From the NCBI GenBank assembly GCA_964057225.1, contig OZ059896.1:23498001-23562000 (forward strand): a stretch of DNA of 64,000 nt. The letters run 5' to 3'. Under the pieces are notes generated by a model. That model saw nothing but the letters and a program-made list of their open reading frames with translations, searched no databases and was not told where the DNA came from. The position numbers and the translations under genes were made by a program. Positions 15,001 through 23,100 of the stretch are shown here, piece by piece (position 1 is the stretch's first letter; every line of letters begins with the position of its first letter). The DNA comes from Auanema rhodensis (lineage: Eukaryota; Animalia; Nematoda).

Positions 15001-15503
15001 TTCACGTGAAAGATAAAGAGATGCGGTTTTCAAAATTAGATTCCCCATGTCCATATTAGTCTAAAAACAAATTTTTATTGATATTGGTGCATGGTAACCA
15101 TGACTTTGAATTTTACGTGAACTTTAATTTATGCTAATTAAATGTACACGTGATGTGCACTTGGTATGGAACTCGCTTCACGTGAAAGATAAAGAGATGC
15201 GGTTTTCAAAATTAGATTCCCCATGTCCATATTAGTCTAAAAACAAATTTTTATTGATATTGGTTCATGGTAACCATGACTTTGAAATTTACGTGAACTT
15301 TAATTTATGCTAATTAAATGTACACGTGATGTGCACTTGGTATGTAACTCGCTTCACGTGAAAGATAAAGAGATGCGGTTTTCAAAATTAGATTCCCCAT
15401 GTCCATATTAGTCTAAAAACAAATTTTTATTGATATTGCTTCATGGTAACCATGACTTTGAAATTTACGTGAACTTTAATTTATGCTAATTAAATGTACA
15501 CGT
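1..15503. repeat. 176-bp tandem satellite array, left arm (88 full monomers + 15 bp)
   Basis: Monomer ATTAAATGTACACGTGATGTGCACTTGG...TTTAATTTATGCTA recurs at 1, 177, 353 ... 881 (5x176) ... 15489 (88x176) with no phase shift. Copies differ by only a few substitutions. Confidence 0.99.
8625..12848. repeat. Tandem 12-monomer (2112-bp) higher-order duplication; boundaries approximate
   Basis: Rare variants are paired exactly 2112 bp apart: 8855/10967, 9723/11835, 9967/12079, 10384/12496. Confidence 0.9.
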
Positions 15504-15996
15504 TTGAACGGGTTTATTGTTCGAATCACAGGTTATAATCGGAAAACAAGGTTAATAAATCGGGAAAATTGCAGATATTCAAAAGAACCTTACAATACAA
15601 ACATACTTGTAATAATTGACTAAAACATATATGTACAAGAAACAGGTTCAGCATATTTTCTTTTACAATGATAGTGAGCAGCACTACTTGTTTGTTAAGG
15701 TTTTGAATCAGTTCTAGTTTGATAAAGAAGAGTTGATTTGTTCAGTGTAGATCACTGACCTCTATAGTATTCTGACAGGTACGGTGGAACTCTTGATGTG
15801 AGTCAAGCCCGTTCTGACAGCAAGAGGTAACTATCGTTCTATCCGTATGACTAATGTCTATAGGATAAAATGCGTAGTAACAGGTCTCAGAGGTAAACTA
15901 GGGAACTGTCTAACTTTAACATAGCTTGAGGCTTAAATGCTTGTAAATAGAAGAATATACATAAACAAGATTTCAAGTTACAATAACAGAGAAAGG
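15504..15996 (-). other. LINE 3' UTR (~490 nt) with short hairpins; no poly(A) tail
   Basis: Non-coding stretch from the ORF2 stop (15997) to the satellite junction; sense strand ends ...CGAACAATAAACCCGTTCAA. Confidence 0.85.
15513..15518 (-). promoter_or_regulatory. AATAAA polyadenylation-signal-like hexamer 9 nt from the element's 3' end
   Basis: Plus-strand TTTATT at 15513-15518. Confidence 0.55.
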
Positions 15997-18864
15997 TTAA
16001 ATATTGTTAAGATTAATAGAAAGATGTTTTCTGAAGCTGGAAGTGTTTCTTAGTTGAACGATGTTTTCAGGGAGTGTGTTCCAGATTTGAATAGCTCTGT
16101 ATTCTATTCCAGTTCTTGTTTCGCTCTTCCAAAGATCAGGGTATTCAACATTCCATAGATGTCTACGTAGTGAATGAGCATAGTGCTTGGTAGTAAAAAA
16201 GTTAAGGTTGTTTTCTGGAACATTTTTAGTAATCTGATTATGATAAAAAACGAGATCAATTAGTAGTCTTCTAAACGTTAGCTCCTCGGCTCCAAGAAAC
16301 AATAGCTGGTTCTTGTAATCCAAAGCTATTTCGGCTCTCTTAAAAATAGCGTTTAAAAACTTTTTTTGGACAGACTCAATGCGCGCTTTATCTTTGTTAT
16401 TCTGAGGAGACCATACAACTGAAGCATATTCTAAAATCGGTCGGATATAGCAGCAAAAAAGTTTGAACATCAAAGTTGGTGATCTTGAGTAAAAACAACG
16501 CAAAATAACACGACATTTGTGAGCAGCAATGTTAGAAATTCTGTCTATATGACTGTTAAAAGAGAGATTATAGTCTGTACACACACCTAGATCTTTATAT
16601 GATGATACTGTAGCTAAAGAAATGTCTCCAAATTTGAAAATTGTGTTTGTTCTTGGTGTAGTGGTACTCGATATAATCATAATTTTGGATTTGGAAGTAT
16701 TAACTTTCATACCGTTAGATAGACACCAGTTTTTGAGAATATTCAAAGCTAGTTGTAAACTTACCGGATTTGTGCTGCTTAGTTTAAGATCGTCTGCATA
16801 AAGAGTTGGATGTACATCATCAGGTAAATTTGATGTAATATCATTTATATAAAATAAAAAAAGAAGAGGACCCAGTACTGTCCCCTGTGGAACTCCACAG
16901 GGCAAAGAATTTGTGACGGATAGAGAGTAATTAACTAATACAGAGAAAGATCTATTAGTAATGAAGTTTTTGAGAAAAGTGAGAATACAGCCGTCAATGC
17001 CAATTGATTTTAATTTAGCTAACAGAACGGAATGATTTATGAGATCAAAAGCCTTAGAAAAGTCAATAAAGGCAACATAAACAGGTTTTTTCTTGTCTAC
17101 AGCAGATCTCCAGAGAACATGACTACTAAGAATTGCCGATACAGTATTGCGTTTTGGAAGAAAAGCAAACTGATTAGGAGAAATAAAGCCGGAGGAAATA
17201 CCAAAGTCAAGAAGAGGTGAACGCAGGAGACGTTCAAAAACTTTAGACAGACTGGATGTGAGAGAAATAGGACGATAATTAGCCGGGTTAGAAGAAAGTC
17301 CTGATTTATGAACGGGACGAATCCAAGCTGTTTTCCAGTCAGGAGGACAAGAGGAGGAAACAAGTAGATTGTGGAAAACAAAGGCCAGAGGCTGAGAGAG
17401 AGTAGAAGCACAATTTTTTAGGAAGAAATAAGGGATTCCGTCTGGGGATGTTGATACCCGAAGAGGTAACTGACAGAGAATTTTGTGAACGTTGAGAGGG
17501 GAGACATCAATAAAGTCGATAATAGTAGAAGAAGAGGAATGAGGAGCATGTGGTAGAGAGATAGGAAGGGGGCGAACAGAGAAGGTGGTAGCAAAGATAG
17601 AGGCTTTGTCAGAATCAGACGAAACAGAATCATTATCTATTTTGAGATTTGGGATATCTGAAGTGCTGCCAACCAAACGGGTTCTGCAAAAGCGATTAAG
17701 AAGTTTTGAATTATTATAGTTGGCAATACGTTCCTCTTCCGAAGCCAATCTATTCTTGATAAGTTTATCAAGAGAATGTGAAAGTTTTTTACGACGAGAT
17801 TCATCATGATGATGATAAGAACAACTGAGTTTTTTTATATGAGATGAGAGTTTTAAAATATCTCGGTCAATCTTCTTTGTTCTTCTTTCTTTTTTTTTGG
17901 GAACGCAGCTATCAATGACCGAGTGAAGAATGTGAACAAGTTTAGAGTAAGAATCTAAAGGAGTGAGACCGGAGAGATGATTAGCGAAATCAATTTTGGC
18001 TAGTCTATGATTGATGAGATTGTAGTCAGCAGCTTGAAAATTGCGATCAGAAAACATAGGTAATGCTACCGGAGACAAAGTATTAGAAGAGCTGATTGTG
18101 TTAGCTAACTGAAAAGAGTCTGAAACAATTTGGAAAACCACAGAATGGTGATCCGAGGAGCCGAGGGGGGAAGAACGGGATATGTTGCCTACACTGGATA
18201 TGTTATCAGTGATAACATAATCAAGAATGTTCTTGCCTCTGGTAGGGAACTTTACCAACTGATGAGAACAGCTATCGTTGAGAAATTGAAGAATAGATCT
18301 ACTAGAGGAGCATGGTTGAGAGCAAATACCGAGGTCCCAGTTGATTTTAGGAAAATTTAGATCGCCCGTTAGGAAGAACGATCGTTTGGAAATTTGTTTA
18401 CGTAGATCAGAAAGAAACGAAATGAAATCTGAATGAGAAGCTGTTGGAGGACGATAACAAAGTGAGAAAACAGCATTAAGTGAAGGTATGAGTAAGTTAA
18501 TGAATTGTATAGAAGATTGAGGAGAAGAACAGGAAAGAAGAAAAGGTTTGATATGACTTTTAATATAGAGGACAACACCACCACCACGTGAGAGACACCT
18601 ATCGGCTCTAAAAATAGTGTAAGTATCTTTACATGGGAGTAGGTGGGTATCGAACTCAGGAAAAAGCCATGATTCTGATATTGCAATTATATCAGGAGTG
18701 GATAAAGAAATAACGTGGGATAGTATATGAAGTTTGTTAAGAATAGAACGTGCATTAAAACACTGAACTGAGAGGCTGGTAGGATGTGAGACAGGGGGGG
18801 TTGAAGACGTGACAGTGTTAACGAAAGGACATTTTGTCAGACGTGAGACGTTGAGATGTATTGT
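15997..18864 (-). CDS. LINE ORF2: AP-like endonuclease + reverse transcriptase (stop-to-stop open frame of 955 codons; true start unknown)
   Basis: Hand translation upstream of the supplied 18258 TTG start, same frame, finds no stop until TGA at 18867-18865. APE motifs: CFNARSILNK, DIIAISESWL, FRADR..RGGGVVLYI, CYRPP, GDLNFPKINW, PTRGKNILDYV, SDH. RT motifs: NYRPISLTS, FIDFSKAFD, GVPQGTVLGP, YADD (16800-16789), KDLGV. Confidence 0.95.
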   Translation of the reverse strand, partial: TIHLNVSRLTKCPFVNTVTSSTPPVSHPTSLSVQCFNARSILNKLHILSHVISLSTPDIIAISESWLFPEFDTHLLPCKDTYTIFRADRCLSRGGGVVLYIKSHIKPFLLSCSSPQSSIQFINLLIPSLNAVFSLCYRPPTASHSDFISFLSDLRKQISKRSFFLTGDLNFPKINWDLGICSQPCSSSRSILQFLNDSCSHQLVKFPTRGKNILDYVITDNISSVGNISRSSPLGSSDHHSVVFQIVSDSFQLANTISSSNTLSPVALPMFSDRNFQAADYNLINHRLAKIDFANHLSGLTPLDSYSKLVHILHSVIDSCVPKKKERRTKKIDRDILKLSSHIKKLSCSYHHHDESRRKKLSHSLDKLIKNRLASEEERIANYNNSKLLNRFCRTRLVGSTSDIPNLKIDNDSVSSDSDKASIFATTFSVRPLPISLPHAPHSSSSTIIDFIDVSPLNVHKILCQLPLRVSTSPDGIPYFFLKNCASTLSQPLAFVFHNLLVSSSCPPDWKTAWIRPVHKSGLSSNPANYRPISLTSSLSKVFERLLRSPLLDFGISSGFISPNQFAFLPKRNTVSAILSSHVLWRSAVDKKKPVYVAFIDFSKAFDLINHSVLLAKLKSIGIDGCILTFLKNFITNRSFSVLVNYSLSVTNSLPCGVPQGTVLGPLLFLFYINDITSNLPDDVHPTLYADDLKLSSTNPVSLQLALNILKNWCLSNGMKVNTSKSKIMIISSTTTPRTNTIFKFGDISLATVSSYKDLGVCTDYNLSFNSHIDRISNIAAHKCRVILRCFYSRSPTLMFKLFCCYIRPILEYASVVWSPQNNKDKARIESVQKKFLNAIFKRAEIALDYKNQLLFLGAEELTFRRLLIDLVFYHNQITKNVPENNLNFFTTKHYAHSLRRHLWNVEYPDLWKSETRTGIEYRAIQIWNTLPENIVQLRNTSSFRKHLSINLNNI
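18818..18829 (-). promoter_or_regulatory. Candidate +1 programmed ribosomal frameshift site UCC_UUU_CGU(_UAA) joining ORF1 to ORF2
   Basis: The last ORF1 codons are TCC TTT CGT TAA. ORF2 is in the +1 frame (TTC GTT AAC ACT...) and has no AUG until 18057. Confidence 0.6.
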
Positions 18865-19882
18865 TCATGCTAACAGATCTGGTAATTTGATCTGTGGTTA
18901 ATTTTGCGGATCGTGGTGGATTTTTGCGACGTCTTGGGCTAACAGAAGAACGCTTGTCTTTTGACGTGCGGTTCTGTCTTTCCTTCGACCGGCTCATTCT
19001 ACCAGATTTACAAGGGGGGCTAGAAAAAAGAGTTGGGGATGTGAGAGTTTGAGAATGGAGTGTTGGTAATGGAACGTTGTGAATAGATGGTATTTTAGGA
19101 GTTTGATTACAAGAAGAAGTGGGAGCTATTTTAGGGTTTGGAGGATCGGCTGGATTGCGGGAAACTTCAATAAGTCGAAGATCTCGTACCAAAAAGACAG
19201 ACTTAGTGTTGTTTTTGTTTTTTTCTTTTGCTTCCTCGCGAAGGTTGTTTTCCAGTTGAATTTCAAAAGGCAGATAGTCGCGACGTACAAAAGTTTTAGA
19301 TAAAGATTCGAAACATTTAGTCTTATTTGCTTTGATAGATGTTATGATCTTATCCCGCAATTCAACCGATGGACAAGTAATAATGAGTGGGCCTGGGGAT
19401 TTAGATTTAAGGATGCAACGTGTAATGGTTATTTGGTTAGTGTTAAGGAGAGTTGACAAAGTAGTGTCGTTGGATTTCTCAATGACCAGTTTCAGTAAAG
19501 AAGAAGGGTCAGAAGGTAAATCCGGGCAAGAGACTGGTACACGGAACCAGAGGGCTCTCTTACAACGATAATCGTACTTTGTCTCCTCTGATCTAATTTT
19601 TTGGATTTGGCATGCAACATTGGAAGAAGAAAGAAGAGGTGAGTTATGGGTGGTGTTAGGAATAGTGCAAGAGAGTTGAGTTAACTTCTGCTCCAACTTA
19701 TCGAGACGCGATTTGAAATCGGTTTCGATGAGTTTTATGCGTGAGTCATGCGATGCAACTGCGGTTTTGATACTACTGAGCTCGTGTCTTATTTGTACTG
19801 AAAGTTCAGCAAAAGAGTTATGTAAAGAATCGGAAAGTGATTCGAGGGCAGTAGTAAGAAACTCGTTAGTTACGTGAGACAT
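18818..19882 (-). CDS. LINE ORF1 protein (354 aa): N-terminal coiled coil, central putative RNA-binding domain, basic Ser/Arg/Pro-rich tail
   Basis: ATG start after a pyrimidine-rich UTR; heptad-like segment LSSIKTAVASHDSRIKLIETDFKSRLDKLEQKLTQL; KRALWFRVP...GPLIITCPS...FVRRDY...FLVRDL resembles invertebrate LINE ORF1 proteins; lies directly upstream of ORF2. Confidence 0.88.
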   Translation of the reverse strand: MSHVTNEFLTTALESLSDSLHNSFAELSVQIRHELSSIKTAVASHDSRIKLIETDFKSRLDKLEQKLTQLSCTIPNTTHNSPLLSSSNVACQIQKIRSEETKYDYRCKRALWFRVPVSCPDLPSDPSSLLKLVIEKSNDTTLSTLLNTNQITITRCILKSKSPGPLIITCPSVELRDKIITSIKANKTKCFESLSKTFVRRDYLPFEIQLENNLREEAKEKNKNNTKSVFLVRDLRLIEVSRNPADPPNPKIAPTSSCNQTPKIPSIHNVPLPTLHSQTLTSPTLFSSPPCKSGRMSRSKERQNRTSKDKRSSVSPRRRKNPPRSAKLTTDQITRSVSMNNTSQRLTSDKMSFR

Positions 19883-20058
19883 AGTTAAGTAATAGAAGGT
19901 AAAAAGAATGAAATAAGAGACAAGTAAGGAGAGAAAAAAAAAAGAAGAGTTTTGGAAAAAAAGAAAGATAGAAATGGGAAAAAAAAGAGCGTACCTTGAA
20001 AAACCAGTCCGGCGTTAGTATTAAACTGAGAGTACGAGTAGGAGCCGACCAACCAGGA
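19883..20058 (-). other. LINE 5' UTR with a ~100-nt pyrimidine-rich tract just before the ORF1 ATG
   Basis: Plus strand ~19893-19990 is almost entirely A/G, so the element's sense strand is T/C-rich there. Confidence 0.8.
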
Positions 20059-20184
20059 TGAGGTCAAATCGCGGAATGAGGTCAAATCGCGGAATGCGGT
20101 CAAATCGCGGAATGAGGTCAAATCGCGGAATGTGGTCAAATCGCGGAATGAGGTCAAATCGCGGAATGAGGTCAAATCGCGGAA
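20059..20184 (-). repeat. 7 x 18-bp tandem repeat at the LINE 5' terminus (minus-strand unit TTCCGCGATTTGACCTCA)
   Basis: Plus-strand TGAGGTCAAATCGCGGAA at 20059, 20077, 20095 (TGCGG variant), 20113, 20131 (TGTGG variant), 20149 and 20167. Confidence 0.97.
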
Positions 20185-23100
20185 ATGCACTTGGTATGTA
20201 ACTCGCTTCACGTGAAAGATAAAGAGATGCGGTTTTCAAAATTAGATTCCCCATGTCCATATTAGTCTAAAAACAAATTTTTATTGATATTGGTTCATGG
20301 TAACCATGACTTTGAAATTTACGTGAACTTTAATTTATGCTAATTAAATGTACACTTGATGTACACTTGGTATGTAACTCGCTTCACGTGAAAGATAAAG
20401 AGATGCGGTTTTCAAAATTAGATTCCCCATGTCCATATTAGTCTAAAAACAAATTTTTATTGATATTGGTGCATGGTAACCTTGACTTTGAAATTTACGT
20501 GAACTTTAATTTATGCTAATTAAATGTACACGTGATGTGCACTTGGTATGTAACTCGCTTCACGTGAAAGATAAAGAGATGCGGTTTTCAAAATTAGATT
20601 CCCCATGTCCATATTAGTCTAAAAACAAATTTTTATTGATATTGGTTCATGGTAACCATGACTTTGAAATTTACGTGAACTTTAATTTATGCTAATTAAA
20701 TGTACACGTGATGTGCACTTGGTATGTAACTCGCTTCACGTGAAAGATAAAGAGATGCGGTTTTCAAAATTAGATTCCCCATGTCCATATTAGTCTAAAA
20801 ACAAATTTTTATTGATATTGGTGCATGGTAACCATGACTTTGAAATTTACGTGAACTTTAATTTATGCTAATTAAATGTACACGTGATGTGCACTTGGTA
20901 TGTAACTCGCTTCACGTGAAAGATAAAGAGATGCGGTTTTCAAAATTAGATTCCCCATGTCCATATTAGTCTAAAAACACATTTTTATTGATATTGGTTC
21001 ATGGTAACCATGACTTTGAAATTTACGTGAACTTTAATTTATGCTAATTAAATGTACACGTGATGTGCACTTGGTATGTAACTCGCTTCACGTGAAAGAT
21101 AAAGAGATGCGGTTTTCAAAATTAGATTCCCCATGTCCATATTAGTCTAAAAACAAATTTTTATTGATATTGCTTCATGGTAACCATGACTTTGAAATTT
21201 ACGTGAACTTTAATTTATGCTAATTAAATGTACACGTGATGTGCACTTGGTATGTAACTCGCTTCACGTGAAAGATAAAGAGATGCGGTTTTCAAAATTA
21301 GATTCCCCATGTCCATATTAGTCTAAAAACAAATTTTTATTGATATTGGTGCATGGTAACCATGACTTTGAAATTTACGTGAACTTTAATTTATGCTAAT
21401 TAAATGTACACGTGATGTGCACTTGGTATGTAACTCGCTTCACGTGAAAGATAAAGAGATGCGGTTTTCAAAATTAAATTCCCCATGTCCATATTAGTCT
21501 AAAAACAAATTTTTATTGATATTGGTGCATGGTAACCATGACTTTGAATTTTACGTGAACTTTAATTTATGCTAATTAAATGTACACGTGATGTGCACTT
21601 GGTATGGAACTCGCTTCACGTGAAAGATAAAGAGATGCGGTTTTCAAAATTAGATTCCCCATGTCCATATTAGTCTAAAAACAAATTTTTATTGATATTG
21701 GTTCATGGTAACCATGACTTTGAAATTTACGTGAACTTTAATTTATGCTAATTAAATGTACACGTGATGTGCACTTGGTATGTAACTCGCTTCACGTGAA
21801 AGATAAAGAGATGCGGTTTTCAAAATTAGATTCCCCATGTCCATATTAGTCTAAAAACAAATTTTTATTGATATTGCTTCATGGTAACCATGACTTTGAA
21901 ATTTACGTGAACTTTAATTTATGCTAATTAAATGTACACGTGATGTGCACTTGGTATGTAACTCGCTTCACGTGAAAGATAAAGAGATGCGGTTTTCAAA
22001 ATTAGATTCCCCATGTCCATTTTAGTCTAAAAACAAATTTTTATTGATATTGGTTCATGGTAACCATGACTTTGAAATTTACGTGAACTTTAATTTATGC
22101 TAATTAAATGTACACGTGATGTGCACTTGGTATGTAACTCGCTTCACGTGAAAGATAAAGAGATGCGGTTTTCAAAATTAGATTCCCCATGTCCATATTA
22201 GTCTAAAAACAAATTTTTATTGATATTGCTTCATGGTAACCATGACTTTGAAATTTACGTGAACTTTAATTTATGCTAATTAAATGTACACGTGATGTGC
22301 ACTTGGTATGTAACTCGCTTCACGTGAAAGATAAAGAGATGCGGTTTTCAAAATTAGATTCCCCATGTCCATATTAGTCTAAAAACAAATTTTTATTGAT
22401 ATTGGTTCATGGTAACCATGACTTTGAAATTTACGTGAACTTTAATTTATGCTAATTAAATGTACACTTGATGTACACTTGGTATGTAACTCGCTTCACG
22501 TGAAAGATAAAGAGATGCGGTTTTCAAAATTAGATTCCCCATGTCCATATTAGTCTAAAAACAAATTTTTATTGATATTGCTTCATGGTAACCATGACTT
22601 TGAAATTTACGTGAACTTTAATTTATGCTAATTAAATGTACACGTGATGTGCACTTGGTATGTAACTCGCTTCACGTGAAAGATAAAGAGATGCGGTTTT
22701 CAAAATTAGATTCCCCATGTCCATATTAGTCTAAAAACAAATTTTTATTGATATTGGTGCATGGTAACCATGACTTTGAAATTTACGTGAACTTTAATTT
22801 ATGCTAATTAAATGTACACGTGATGTGCACTTGGTAAGTAACTCGCTTCACGTGAAAGATAAAGAGATGCGGTTTTCAAAATTAGATTCCCCATGTCCAT
22901 ATTAGTCTAAAAACAAATTTTTATTGATATTGGTGCATGGTAACCATGACTTTGAAATTTACGTGAACTTTAATTTATGCTAATTAAATGTACACGTGAT
23001 GTGCACTTGGTATGTAACTCGCTTCACGTGAAAGATAAAGAGATGCAGTTTTCAAAATTAGATTCCCCATGTCCATATTAGTCTAAAAACAAATTTTTAT

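Larger units (their letters stand above)
15504..20185 (-). mobile_element. Apparently full-length non-LTR retrotransposon (LINE), CR1-clade-like, 4682 bp
   Basis: Unique sequence bounded by satellite on both sides. Minus-strand layout: 5' tandem repeat and UTR, ORF1, APE+RT ORF2, ~490-nt 3' UTR with AATAAA near the end. No LTRs or TIRs. Clade call rests on post-RT motifs (YIRPILEYASVVWSP, IESVQKKF, RRLLIDL) and the lack of a C-terminal CCHC or RNase H. Confidence 0.95.

Noticed and set aside
18256-18258. Supplied ORF2 start (TTG)
   Set aside because: It lies inside the APE domain; the frame is open for about 200 more codons upstream and contains essential endonuclease motifs.
17032-19571. 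Short alternative-frame and antisense ORFs overlapping ORF1/ORF2
   Set aside because: Shadow ORFs with biased composition and no recognisable motifs.
19985-20030. Spliced-leader-like or splice signals in the 5' UTR (GTTTAATACTAAC...TTCAAG|GTACGC on the minus strand)
   Set aside because: Only a weak match to SL1, no AG acceptor before the ORF1 ATG, and splicing would not supply an AUG to ORF2.
20059-20184. CRISPR-like array
   Set aside because: Units are directly adjacent with no unique spacers, there are no cas genes, and the context is a eukaryotic LINE.
15490-20200. Target-site duplication, LTRs or terminal inverted repeats
   Set aside because: The flanks are consecutive satellite sequence minus 4 bp, and the termini are not direct or inverted copies of each other.
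19885-20260. ORFs 19885-20211 and 20021-20260 with (FRDLTS)n or (PRFDLI)n repeats
   Set aside because: Both start inside satellite DNA and stay open only because the 18-bp unit has no stop codon; they are junction artefacts.
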